From contig CAYUTR010000002.1 of NCBI GenBank assembly GCA_964447465.1, positions 1 through 53,455 of the forward strand: a stretch of 53,455 nt of DNA. The letters are read 5' to 3'. Within the stretch, counting starts at the first letter, position 1. Every line of letters begins with the position of its first letter. Origin of the DNA: an uncultured Chryseobacterium sp. (lineage in GTDB: Bacteria; Bacteroidota; Bacteroidia; Palsa-965). This document shows, piece after piece, positions 26,376 through 35,989 of this stretch. Made by a program: the position numbers and the translations under genes. The notes under the pieces are model-generated. The model was not told the origin of the DNA. It was given only the letters and a program-made list of their open reading frames with translations, and ran no database searches.

Positions 26376-26562
26376 TTCTCAGAAAATTCCGTTGAATTCT
26401 TATAAATTCTCAATGTTGAAGTGTCTGTTCTTAGAAAATTCACGTGAATTCTCATAAATTCTCAGTGTTGTAGTGACTATTCTCAGTCGACTCTCAGTCT
26501 GTTCTCTGTCTGTTCAGCCAAATATTCACGCAGTTCTCAGTCGCAATTCAGACTGCTCTCAG
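26376..26562. repeat. Iteron-like array B: imperfect ~52-nt tandem duplication plus at least 7 copies of '(t/c)tctcag'
   Basis: Units start at 26376 and 26428 and are roughly four-fifths identical by eye. 'ttctcag' or 'ctctcag' occurs at 26376, 26459, 26480, 26491, 26534 and 26556, with a variant at 26428. Confidence 0.8.
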
Positions 26563-26892
26563 AAAGTTCAGGAAAAATACTGCTGCGATTCAGGGTTTGG
26601 CGATCAGCAATACTGACTTTTCTGTTAATGCGAAATTCCAGAATATGGTCAAAGTAAATCCAAACTGTACTTTGCGACCACGTCAGGGGTTAGATTCCCT
26701 GCAATGATTTTGTGTGGCTACTACAGGATTTTGTTTTCAGATGAAGACACGGCAAAGCGCAAGCGCACATCAAAAGAGAACTTACTTGTTTTAGGACGGC
26801 GTCCGTCCCAAAACTTTATATACACTTTTGTTTGGGTGCGTAATCTCCAGGGCCTAAATTTGTCTCCGCAAACACTTTAATACGATTTACAC

Positions 26893-27219
26893 ATGATTCT
26901 ATTTTATATTAAAATCGCTGCGCTCTTTGTCGCAAGCGTTATTGTGCGGAAGATTATTAACGATTCTCTTCCAAAAATCGGAGTCAAAGAATTGAGAGGC
27001 TATGCTTACCGTGTCGGAATGTACTTAGTGATGCTTGGGTTATTCTGTGCGTTGTGGATCAAATATCTTATTCTGAGCAACAAGCAACAACCCACACCGC
27101 GTGAGCAACAGTTAATATTTGCTATACTTTGTCTAATGGTAATCGGTGCGTTTGCAATCTTCATGCTACGCAAGATTGAAGAGGACAAGAATAACAAACT
27201 TAATTCTCCTATGGCATAA
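26893..27219 (+). CDS. Small membrane protein (108 aa, about 3 TM helices)
   Basis: Hydrophobic ORF followed by a clear terminator hairpin. Confidence 0.45.
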   Translation: MILFYIKIAALFVASVIVRKIINDSLPKIGVKELRGYAYRVGMYLVMLGLFCALWIKYLILSNKQQPTPREQQLIFAILCLMVIGAFAIFMLRKIEEDKNNKLNSPMA

Positions 27220-27250
27220 CCGTGTAAAAGGGATGTTCCCTCAGAACGAG

Positions 27251-27280
27251 AAAACGCCTAACTATTTAGTCAGGCGTTTT
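27251..27280. terminator. Bidirectional rho-independent terminator (aaaacgcct N12 aggcgtttt)
   Basis: Perfect 9-bp stem with T-runs on both strands. It sits between the convergent genes 26893-27219 (+) and 27262-27573 (-). Confidence 0.7.
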
Positions 27281-27573
27281 TCTTTATCCTTGAGGACTGC
27301 GACAACCAAAGCATCTTCGATTTCCCCTGATGCATTTTCTATGAAGGAGATCTCTTCAATCATTTCATAAGGCATCAACAGTATCCACGTTGGGTTTAAG
27401 TGTTTGGTGTATTTCGCTACGTTCTTGTTCGCCACAAGCTGGAGCATCACCGTTTGATTTGCAGGCAACTTTATTCCCACAAAAAAACCTTCGAACTCCG
27501 CAGCAGTATTCAGCGTAATTTTTACCTGCTTAAAAAAGTAATCTACGATTAGTTTCTCCAGTGGTGGGCGCAT
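27262..27573 (-). CDS. Hypothetical protein, 103 aa
   Basis: ORF downstream of the TPR lipoprotein gene on the same strand. No recognisable motif. Confidence 0.4.
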   Translation of the reverse strand: MRPPLEKLIVDYFFKQVKITLNTAAEFEGFFVGIKLPANQTVMLQLVANKNVAKYTKHLNPTWILLMPYEMIEEISFIENASGEIEDALVVAVLKDKEKRLTK

Positions 27574-27678
27574 ATGAATTATTTCTTGCCTTGGACTTCA
27601 CAGAATAACTGTTCACCTCTTAAAACCGAAATAGTGGGCTAAAGCACACTACTCTCGTTCTCAAGCTCACACACCAGC

Positions 27679-28512
27679 TTACTTGCAATTCTCCTTCACA
27701 TCTTGATCTACATTTACTCCCATACTTCTCGCAATCTCAAAGTCTGCGCATGCACTCGATCGGTCATTTAGCTTCACTTTGATCAGTGCCCTATTATAGT
27801 AAAAATCTCTTTGTTCTGGGTTCAATCTAATCGCTGTATTCATCATGTTTAACGACTTATCGTATTGCCCTAAGTGATACAATGAGATACTGTAATTATA
27901 AGCCGTCGCATCCAAACTGTCCAATTTAAAAGCCAGTTCGAAATACTCAAGTGACTCACTGAACTTTCCTTGATCTGACATTGTGAGTCCATAATTATTG
28001 TAGACATCAGCTGCTATGTACTCATGTTGAATCAGAAAATCCAGATCCTTAATTGCTTCGTCGTATCTACCTAGTTTTCGTAAAACATCCGCTCGTGATA
28101 TTCTCTCGTAGGATAATGTACTGTCCAAGTTAAGCGCACGCGTGTAATCCGAGTAGGCGCTATCGTATTCTCCCATTCGTTCATACGCCATAGCTCTGCC
28201 CTTAAATGCTTCAGGGGAACTGGGTCTCACTGCAATCAGTTGGGAATAAGAATCAATTGCTTCCGGAAAACGATGTAAATATAAATATGCGTTAGCCTTA
28301 AATATCATTAACCTGTCCCTTGAAAAAGTGTCGCAAACATTAATTCCTTCACATTTCACAATTACATCCTCATAATTACCCTGCTCCATAAGTGCACTGA
28401 TCGTATCCAATTTCAGGTGACAATCTGACTGAACAACTGTATGAGAATTCGGATCACCACAGGCTGTGAAAACCACAATTAATACTAACAATGAAACCAT
28501 TAATGTCTTCAT
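27679..28512 (-). CDS. TPR-repeat lipoprotein (putative immunity protein of the 2471-aa Rhs toxin)
   Basis: Lipoprotein signal 'MKTLMVSLLVLIVVFTACGD', then multiple TPR units ('AIDSYSQLIAVRPSSPEAFKGRAMAYERMGEYDSA...'). It begins 44 nt downstream of the Rhs stop. Confidence 0.7.
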   Translation of the reverse strand: MKTLMVSLLVLIVVFTACGDPNSHTVVQSDCHLKLDTISALMEQGNYEDVIVKCEGINVCDTFSRDRLMIFKANAYLYLHRFPEAIDSYSQLIAVRPSSPEAFKGRAMAYERMGEYDSAYSDYTRALNLDSTLSYERISRADVLRKLGRYDEAIKDLDFLIQHEYIAADVYNNYGLTMSDQGKFSESLEYFELAFKLDSLDATAYNYSISLYHLGQYDKSLNMMNTAIRLNPEQRDFYYNRALIKVKLNDRSSACADFEIARSMGVNVDQDVKENCK

Positions 28513-28556
28513 ATAGCTAAGTAATTTATCAAATTTAGTGTTTTTATACTTTATTA

Positions 28557-31500
28557 TTATGGGCCATATCGTCCTCTTCCCTGAACTCCAACTTCGTAAT
28601 ATAATGGGCCACCGTTTATACCATTACCATAAGCTGCATGATATCCGTGAGCCATTCTCGTTGTGTCTCCACTATATCCTCCACCCTCCCAAGATAGGGT
28701 TTGATAGTTTGGTTCATAAGCGATTAATTTATATTTTCTGTCAACCATAGTCCAATTAACCTGGACTTGTACAGGCGTACTAACTGCCATCAACTTAGTG
28801 CGTGTTCCATATCGCCTTTGACCATCATCATCTAAGTAAAAACCAGGATATTCAACCCAACCCCAATTCTCCTGCATAACTTGTGTCGTCCCGGTCCCGC
28901 TGCGCGTTGTCACCTCAACTCCCGTCCATATAGTCTGAAATCCATAGTTGACACCATCCTCATCAACACTAGCGTTTCCATACCATTCACCATCTAAGCT
29001 CAAATCTCCTTTGTGAGTATTGAGGTTATAAGTGTACCCAAGCCCTACTTCGGGACCGTTATTTTTGGAGGAGTTAAGACCTGTGCCTGCACCAACATTA
29101 AACTGGTCGACAATTTCAGGATCGGGCCCGAGAAGATTGAATTTATCGTAAGGGTCGTATGAATTTACTGCAAAACGTGGTGTATTAACATTGTAGTTTA
29201 GATTGTCTTTACCCGTAGATTCCAACACGGCAGGATTCGTACCACCGCCTCCAACGTCAACCATCGGCATTTGACAATGAACAAAACCATTCTCGTATCC
29301 CGTAACAAAATAATAAGCACCATCGGCCATCCGAACATATCCTGAAATGGTTTCACCCAAATATTTTTCCCCATTTTGCACATCACCCTGACTATGCACA
29401 TTTTCATCAAACCGTACTTTCCCATCAGTTCCTTTAATCCACCCCTCTGCGTCAAGTCCACTTGGATCAACACAGTAAATCGGATTATTGGCGAAAGACG
29501 AGTAAGGGCTTTCCCACGGTTTCACAATAGGATCTTTGCTCATCCATCTTCCAATTCTTGGATCGTATTGACGATACTCCGTCGTATAACTCAACGCTTC
29601 CCCATTCTTAATTTCCGGATCAGATTCCATCCCGTTAAACGCGTACCTGTAGCTGCCACCCGCACGTCCCGTCTGCGGCGCGCCAAACACATAATAATCT
29701 GAGTAAGACTGTACGTCTGCGACATACCATTCCACTTCCGTCGGTGATCCAACTGAAGAGTAGAGTAGGCGCTTATCACTAATCGTAACCAGCACGTTTC
29801 CTAAGTGGTTAGATACCTCGTACTGTTTATATCCAATCGTCCTCGTATAATGCGTCTTGTTGTACGCGCCAGTACTTGCAGTAGGTGTCGCACTATTGAA
29901 CTTTCCGCTTGTGAGTGTCGTGGTGAAATCCTGATAGTAATCACTCTCATCATCCGCATGTCTTATGCCTGCACGTCCACTTCCATAAACACCGTTCTCC
30001 TCGAGATCAATTTTCACTTTGTAATTCCCACTCGTGAGATCTTCAAAGCTCTGTTTGTACACTCCCATCAGGTTTCCACCCGCATCGTATACATACCAGT
30101 AATAAATCCAGTTGGTCTGGTCATCGATTCCGGCTCCACTTGCCTTGTGCGGTTTTACAATTTTGCATAGGCGCTGCTGTCCTGCTGTGTAGAGGAATTC
30201 TACATCTGCGTCACCATATTCAGTACTCGTGCACGCATTCGTGTTGTTTGCCTGGTCTTTTCGTACGGCTTTTACTTTGCCATATGGATTCCACTCTATA
30301 TCTGTAATTCTTTCACTGGCATCATCAGTCATTTCTCCGATCACATCGTACACATAATTTCCACCTGTGCCCTGGTTATCCAGATCATCGCTGTAACTGC
30401 AACTGCCTTGTCCATCCATGATCTTTAACAGGATGTTGCTGTTGTCTTTGTACTTGTAACTCAACGAATCTGACTTCACCGCCATACCTCCTCCACCTAC
30501 ATTTCCAGCAAAGCGGTTTACGTTAGTAATGTTTCCGTTCCAGTCGTACCAGAATTCTTCTTCGAAGCGATCGTTTTGCGTATAGCTGGTTTGCCACTCG
30601 TTGTTAGTGAGTGCTGTGCCATCCATATGAAAGGTTGTGCTCCACTTTATGCGATACAGCTGATCGTACCTGAATGCTCGTCCCTGTACTTCTGTTCCGT
30701 ATTCGTCTGCATCGAGCATAGATGTAGTCATACCTGCAATGTTACCGTTGTACTGGTTGGAAATTCCGGTTCCATACGCGCTCGTGCTCATGTCCGCTTC
30801 AAATGCTGGTGTTGCATTTACACTCGTGTAGTCTGCACTTATCAAACCTACAGCCTGATAGTAACTCAACGTAAATCCGGCGGCATCTGTTCCAATGTTT
30901 CTGTTCAGATTGTTTGCGTCATCCACTCCGTCCTGACCCAAATCCCGCTCCTGAAATTCTCCATTATCACCAATGGTATTTCTGTTCATGCCTTTCAACC
31001 ATCCGTTGATTGTGAACGCATAGTCCATAGCCTGCACGGTCTTATCGCCAATCTCAACCCGTCCAACTCCTCCGGTAGCATAGTAAAACTGCTTTTGTTC
31101 CTTTTCCCAGTGTACGTTGTCTCTGGAAGTGTAAACTACTTTCAGTCGGTTGTCGGCGTCGTACTCGTACTTGTGGTGAAACTCGTCGCGTTCTCCGTCC
31201 TGATAATGAACCGCGTTTACATTTCCACTAATGAGATCGTACTCGTATGTCGTGCTCTTGATATTCTGATTATGCGTTTTCAACGGCGGAGTTTCCTGAA
31301 CAACCTGTTTTACATTTCCATGTATATCATAGCTGTAGAAATACGCACTCAAATAATCGGGCTGTGAACTTGCACTGAAATTGTACAGGTCATATTGTAC
31401 CGTTGGATCATCATCGTACACAACTGCTGTTACACGGTTTCTCGTATTTTCTAGTCCGCTTGGGAATGCTGCAGTTGCGTCACTCGAGATAGAAGGGTCT

Positions 31501-34500
31501 ACATCGTAATACGTAAACGTTACATCATTCTTTGAGCTTGCGCCCGCGATCCACGTTTCCAGTGTAGTACTGGACAATACATCAAAGAAATAATATTCAT
31601 CATCACTTCCTCTCGAACCGGTGTTGTCGGTTTCGAGCGTTGATGTAGTGTGAAGTTCTCCTACTTCATACACTCTGCCCAGTGGATCATACAGCGTATA
31701 ACTGTACCCGGGAGTTCCCATTGCAGCCTGCTTTGAGTTCTGCGAGACAACCATTCGACCCAGGTAATCGTACCAGAAAGATGTTTCGCCGCTTTCGTAC
31801 GTTCCGGTTTGTCCTTCTTCGTTCTGGCTCGCATTAATAGGTTGTTGAAGGCTATTATAAGCATACCGGCTCTTCATGTCGTGCTTTGCCGGAGTGAAAT
31901 TTATACTCGTGGTTGTCGTACCATCACGGAAATCATCACGGTAAATAGTGATCTCTTCTCCATCAGAATATCCGTCTCCCGGTCCGGTTTCACTTTCAGC
32001 AGCCAGGTTAATCAGATTTACTCCTTCCGGCGGAACTGTTTTTACCAGATTGCCCGCCTGATCATAATAGTACAATGTGTAGTAATACTCGTGCAGATCG
32101 TAAGTCACCGAAAATTCTTCTCCTTCGTCCACCGTGAGATTGTCAAGGCACGCTGCCGTATAAGCTTCCATGTAATCATCCGCGGCTGCATATACGTTGT
32201 TCGTGTAGGTGAAGTATGCATTGTATGCCGCGAGGTCGTAGTTCTCCTGCTCGCAGTTTTCCTGTGCGGCCGCACTCAGGTTTGCAATGCCAATATCGAT
32301 CGTGCAGATCAACTCTTCAGGAAAATTGTAAGTAATCAGGTCATCCACATCTGCTTCTTCTACTGCACACGTTGTAAACCAATTGCCTACGTCAGTGCCG
32401 GTATAAGGTGTTGCAGGATCATACTCGTCGTTGAGTGCCGCTGCAATATCACCGTAATCTCCTGGATCGGTTCCAATGCCACGTGCTTCTGCAAAGTCGA
32501 TAAGCATCTGGCAGGTGCAACCAATGTCGGTCGGAACTTCGTTGTCGATTTCATTCGGATTTTCTGCAGCGTCTTCTACTAAACCTTCCAACAGTGTTAC
32601 CAGTTCTCCCTGCGTTGGATTGTCGCAACCGCCCCCGTAAATGTCTATCAGGGTATTGCGCATGTAGAGAATAGGAAATCCTTCGGGCGTGAGTGAAGGG
32701 TAGTCGTCGTCGGACACTAAATATCCGTCGGTGTCAATCACGGGTACGTCATCGTCAGCATACGTACTTCTGCAACTTGCGACACCGGCATCACCGGCAA
32801 AGCCTTGTTCGATCACCAGCGTTCTGTAATAGAAATAAACTGAACGAAAGAATTGATAGGGTGTGACCTGTCCTGCTGTTGGTGTTGCATCAATCAGGCC
32901 TTCTGTGGTGCCATCGCCGTGGAGCATCTCAAAGAACTCAACTGTTTCGGTGTTGAGGTTCGCGTCTTCGTCTCCAAGGTGAATGTCATCCGGATCTTCA
33001 ATCACATACCAGATGCTGAAGTGATAAGGAAGATTAGCATCGGTTTCATCTTGTCCAAGGAAAAAGTTCTGAAGATAGTCTTCCAGTAAATCTGTTGCAG
33101 TAATAGAAGGATCATCGCACACTTCAAAATCACAATCGCCTGCAAAACGCGGGTCCTGATTGAGTATATTTTCATCGTAATTCAGGTATCCGGAATTATC
33201 GCCATCCACACCCGGCAGTGATGTATTCTCCGTCATGTTCAACGGATTCCAATAGTCACCATCCGAACCGCTCACATGACCATCGGTATTATACAGCGTT
33301 GCCATTTCATATTCCCACGAATAACTTTGTGTGTACACAATGGTATCCCAATCTTCATGCGGCGGGTCGCTGTCATAGATGTACTCACAGCTCCAGTTGC
33401 AGAAGTAATTCCATGTGCAGTATTCGGGATGGTAGGGAACCAATAATTCTGCCCAATCTTCATCCCAATCGGCTTTTACTTCCGTCCAGTTGGTAAAATC
33501 TGTTCCGCCCCACACTGCATTGATTGCCGCGATCATCGTGCTGCTCTTGTCGTGCGCACTCAGCCAGCCGTACTCGTTGTACTCGGTATTGATGGTCTGC
33601 GATCCGGTGGTTTCATTGTAAATAAACTGATCAGGAAGATTATCAAAATACTGTCCGCCCGGCGACATATCACTTACCATTGCCTGGTATTTCAGTTCAC
33701 AAGGATCCGTTACTATTGGTGCGTCACACAATGTTGCCTGACATGCGGCAATCAACATTGGTCCAGCATCTGTTGACTCATTACCCTGGTCCTCCAGTTC
33801 CACTCCTGCATCATTGTAATAGGTTCCGTCAATGAGATAGTGCAACTCACACGCTTCATGACAATCTGCAGCGCAGGGGATTGGTGTAAGTTCTACGAGC
33901 GGCACGCAGGATGTTTCCGGATCGGCCAATTGGGCATCAAGAAAATCCTGTCGCACGTCAGCAAGGTGTGCCTGGTTGAGAATGGTGCGCTTTTGCACAC
34001 GATAGGTTCCCGGGGTAAGTGTAACCGTAAAGGTGATAGCTTCCGCAGTAGTAGCGTACTCCTTGATCATTTTGGTTGTACCCACGGCAGGGACGATATC
34101 AATAGAATCTCCGCTTACCGCATTGATGACACTGATTTTTACATCGTATACACAGTCTTTGCAGATGTCGTAACACTCATCTTCCCCGCAGTAAGCTGCG
34201 GAGTTGAGTACATACACAAAATCATAATCGCTTTCTTCGGTCACCGTAAGTGTCACCATCGATTCTGTCCCGTCTCCATTTGTAGTGGGTCCGTTGTTCA
34301 CCAGCAGACCTTCGTACATGCTCACCGCTGTGTTCGGATTGCCATTAGGGTTGTCAATAGCCTCGAGATTATCAGGAGCTTCCCCCGCGAGTGCTGTTGC
34401 GATGACGTTGCCGCTCTGATCGATGTAACTCACGCTCACTACGCCGTTCGGGTCAATCACAAAGTTCTTCTTGTAATGACTCGCATAACCAACTTCATTG

Positions 34501-35972
34501 CCGAATAAACGGTCGAGCTGGTACTGTGAAGCAGTGCCGTAGAAATACTGCGTTTCATTACTACCGTTTAAACCAAGGTTATCCCCAGCCGCACCCGATT
34601 TTACCGGGCGGTTGGTGCCGTCGTTCATGTACACGACTCTTGCATACGGATAACCTTCTGCATCGGGAACGGCGGCATCCATACCTACCGTAGGACTTGT
34701 TGCACTATAGTATGTTCCTGCACCACCACTTGTCATTGTTGCGGGCGCTTCAATTGTTATGTCGGTATCAAAATCGTTGCAATCATAATCCTGATCGGCC
34801 ACGTAAAACGTAATTCCTTCGCTCGTTTGCGGGTATGGTAAAACTCCTGCTGCAGGGCGCCCTTCAAAATCGTAAATGGTTTGTCCGATGATGACATTGC
34901 CATCAGTGTTCACGGTAGTGATCGCTTCTCTTCCACGCATCATGCCATCGTAAAACTCCGCTCCGTCCATGCGCTTGCCGTCTTCTGCAAAACCTGAGCT
35001 GTACGACCAGTTCATCAGTGGAAGCAATCCGAATTCGAGATCGTAACGTGCTCCGCTGTAAGTAGAAGTGTTTCCTGTGTTGCCCGTTGTAGTCCAAACT
35101 CCTTCACCCCGCGTGATGTAACTATTGGTTTGATAATTGTCCCAATCGATTCCAACTCCTCTAACACGCATCACTAAAATGCCTCTCGGGAATGCAAGCG
35201 GAATATCATAAAACTGATTCGGAACATTTACACGTGTGGCGTTTCTCCAATCAAAATCCATGATAGTAGTGTACGGATATACTTCATTACCCATGTCGAT
35301 AAACAACCATTCCAGATCATAACTCTCTGCACCTTGAATATAATTCCAGGCAACATTTAGTTCGTTTGTCGTTGATTGATAGTTGGTGAAAATTGTTGTA
35401 GGAGTTGCCGCCTCAAGATTGTAGTAGCGTTCTACATTCATCTCTAAATCAAGATAGATATCGTCGAGAAATGCAGGGATCGTTGTTGCATTGATCCAGC
35501 CAACTACAGGCGTACCACCGGCATCCCACTCAGTATAATCTATACCTGTGCTCGCATTCACAGTAATGGCGATTTTATGTGCACCCGGATAAACTTTCTT
35601 GTCACGATCCGTATAGCGGATTCCTGTTTCGGGATCGTAACTAATTTGAAGCGTTTCGTTTGAAATTAAAGTGGTACTTCCGGCTGAATTAGTGGTTACC
35701 ACATCATATTTTACAATGAGCAGCCAACTGTGCGTAGTGTATGTCCGCAACGCATCGTCATAACGTAGCACCACCGCACCTTCCGAACCTTCCACAGCGA
35801 AAACTGCAGCCCAGCCCGTTGGAAAAGGATACCACTGGTCAGTCAACGACAATGTTGCATTGAGCGCAATTGGATTACCCAGAGTAGCGGATAAACTATT
35901 CACTGTGCTCTCGATCGCAGCGAAACTTACTGAAGAAATCAGCAGGCATAAAATAACGAATAACTTTCTCAT
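28557..35972 (-). CDS. Rhs/YD-repeat polymorphic toxin, 2471 aa, with signal peptide and ~297-aa variable C-terminal domain
   Basis: Signal 'MRKLFVILCLLISSVSFAA'. Many YD repeats ('YYYDQAGNLVKTV', 'WYDYLGRMVVSQN', 'YTLYDPLGRVYEVGE', 'YSYDIHGNVKQVV', 'YEYDADNRLKVVY'). The core end 'YRYAFNGMESD...YRQYDPRIGRWMSKDP...NPIYCVDPSGLD' lies at ~29451-29483. The CTD (28560-29450) has no motif I recognise. Confidence 0.9.
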   Translation of the reverse strand: MRKLFVILCLLISSVSFAAIESTVNSLSATLGNPIALNATLSLTDQWYPFPTGWAAVFAVEGSEGAVVLRYDDALRTYTTHSWLLIVKYDVVTTNSAGSTTLISNETLQISYDPETGIRYTDRDKKVYPGAHKIAITVNASTGIDYTEWDAGGTPVVGWINATTIPAFLDDIYLDLEMNVERYYNLEAATPTTIFTNYQSTTNELNVAWNYIQGAESYDLEWLFIDMGNEVYPYTTIMDFDWRNATRVNVPNQFYDIPLAFPRGILVMRVRGVGIDWDNYQTNSYITRGEGVWTTTGNTGNTSTYSGARYDLEFGLLPLMNWSYSSGFAEDGKRMDGAEFYDGMMRGREAITTVNTDGNVIIGQTIYDFEGRPAAGVLPYPQTSEGITFYVADQDYDCNDFDTDITIEAPATMTSGGAGTYYSATSPTVGMDAAVPDAEGYPYARVVYMNDGTNRPVKSGAAGDNLGLNGSNETQYFYGTASQYQLDRLFGNEVGYASHYKKNFVIDPNGVVSVSYIDQSGNVIATALAGEAPDNLEAIDNPNGNPNTAVSMYEGLLVNNGPTTNGDGTESMVTLTVTEESDYDFVYVLNSAAYCGEDECYDICKDCVYDVKISVINAVSGDSIDIVPAVGTTKMIKEYATTAEAITFTVTLTPGTYRVQKRTILNQAHLADVRQDFLDAQLADPETSCVPLVELTPIPCAADCHEACELHYLIDGTYYNDAGVELEDQGNESTDAGPMLIAACQATLCDAPIVTDPCELKYQAMVSDMSPGGQYFDNLPDQFIYNETTGSQTINTEYNEYGWLSAHDKSSTMIAAINAVWGGTDFTNWTEVKADWDEDWAELLVPYHPEYCTWNYFCNWSCEYIYDSDPPHEDWDTIVYTQSYSWEYEMATLYNTDGHVSGSDGDYWNPLNMTENTSLPGVDGDNSGYLNYDENILNQDPRFAGDCDFEVCDDPSITATDLLEDYLQNFFLGQDETDANLPYHFSIWYVIEDPDDIHLGDEDANLNTETVEFFEMLHGDGTTEGLIDATPTAGQVTPYQFFRSVYFYYRTLVIEQGFAGDAGVASCRSTYADDDVPVIDTDGYLVSDDDYPSLTPEGFPILYMRNTLIDIYGGGCDNPTQGELVTLLEGLVEDAAENPNEIDNEVPTDIGCTCQMLIDFAEARGIGTDPGDYGDIAAALNDEYDPATPYTGTDVGNWFTTCAVEEADVDDLITYNFPEELICTIDIGIANLSAAAQENCEQENYDLAAYNAYFTYTNNVYAAADDYMEAYTAACLDNLTVDEGEEFSVTYDLHEYYYTLYYYDQAGNLVKTVPPEGVNLINLAAESETGPGDGYSDGEEITIYRDDFRDGTTTTSINFTPAKHDMKSRYAYNSLQQPINASQNEEGQTGTYESGETSFWYDYLGRMVVSQNSKQAAMGTPGYSYTLYDPLGRVYEVGELHTTSTLETDNTGSRGSDDEYYFFDVLSSTTLETWIAGASSKNDVTFTYYDVDPSISSDATAAFPSGLENTRNRVTAVVYDDDPTVQYDLYNFSASSQPDYLSAYFYSYDIHGNVKQVVQETPPLKTHNQNIKSTTYEYDLISGNVNAVHYQDGERDEFHHKYEYDADNRLKVVYTSRDNVHWEKEQKQFYYATGGVGRVEIGDKTVQAMDYAFTINGWLKGMNRNTIGDNGEFQERDLGQDGVDDANNLNRNIGTDAAGFTLSYYQAVGLISADYTSVNATPAFEADMSTSAYGTGISNQYNGNIAGMTTSMLDADEYGTEVQGRAFRYDQLYRIKWSTTFHMDGTALTNNEWQTSYTQNDRFEEEFWYDWNGNITNVNRFAGNVGGGGMAVKSDSLSYKYKDNSNILLKIMDGQGSCSYSDDLDNQGTGGNYVYDVIGEMTDDASERITDIEWNPYGKVKAVRKDQANNTNACTSTEYGDADVEFLYTAGQQRLCKIVKPHKASGAGIDDQTNWIYYWYVYDAGGNLMGVYKQSFEDLTSGNYKVKIDLEENGVYGSGRAGIRHADDESDYYQDFTTTLTSGKFNSATPTASTGAYNKTHYTRTIGYKQYEVSNHLGNVLVTISDKRLLYSSVGSPTEVEWYVADVQSYSDYYVFGAPQTGRAGGSYRYAFNGMESDPEIKNGEALSYTTEYRQYDPRIGRWMSKDPIVKPWESPYSSFANNPIYCVDPSGLDAEGWIKGTDGKVRFDENVHSQGDVQNGEKYLGETISGYVRMADGAYYFVTGYENGFVHCQMPMVDVGGGGTNPAVLESTGKDNLNYNVNTPRFAVNSYDPYDKFNLLGPDPEIVDQFNVGAGTGLNSSKNNGPEVGLGYTYNLNTHKGDLSLDGEWYGNASVDEDGVNYGFQTIWTGVEVTTRSGTGTTQVMQENWGWVEYPGFYLDDDGQRRYGTRTKLMAVSTPVQVQVNWTMVDRKYKLIAYEPNYQTLSWEGGGYSGDTTRMAHGYHAAYGNGINGGPLYYEVGVQGRGRYGP

Positions 35973-35989
35973 GGGCAGGTTCCTCTTTC

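Larger units (their letters stand above)
7825..26600. mobile_element. Putative integrative island (recombinases, replication module, defence-like and RiPP cargo); boundaries not resolved
   Basis: Evidence is two tyrosine recombinases at one end, a Dam/primase-like + SF3-like module, accessory cargo, and an iteron-like repeat field at the other end. The region also looks AT-richer by eye than the flanks. No flanking direct repeats (att) were identified. Confidence 0.4.

Noticed and set aside
26094-26457. Track ORFs 26094-26348 (-) and 26158-26457 (+)
   Set aside because: They sit entirely in the iteron-like arrays. The peptide sequences are periodic and low-complexity ('LFPAVQLLISSCFFPAVCCFL'), so the region was treated as non-coding.
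26684-26701. tRNA T-arm-like sequence 'caggggttagattccctg', possibly a tRNA 3' fragment marking an att site
   Set aside because: Only a 4-5-bp stem with a TTAGATT loop is present. I could find no matching acceptor 5' strand, D-arm or anticodon arm upstream. This is too weak to call a tRNA or an att remnant without tRNAscan or comparative data.
30576-34508. Long plus-strand ORFs (30576-31367, 31809-32582, 33840-34508 and others) antisense to the Rhs gene
   Set aside because: They lie wholly inside a well-supported 2471-aa minus-strand CDS. Their translations are Cys/Arg/Ile-rich low-complexity strings with no motifs, as expected from stop-poor antisense frames of repeat-rich genes.
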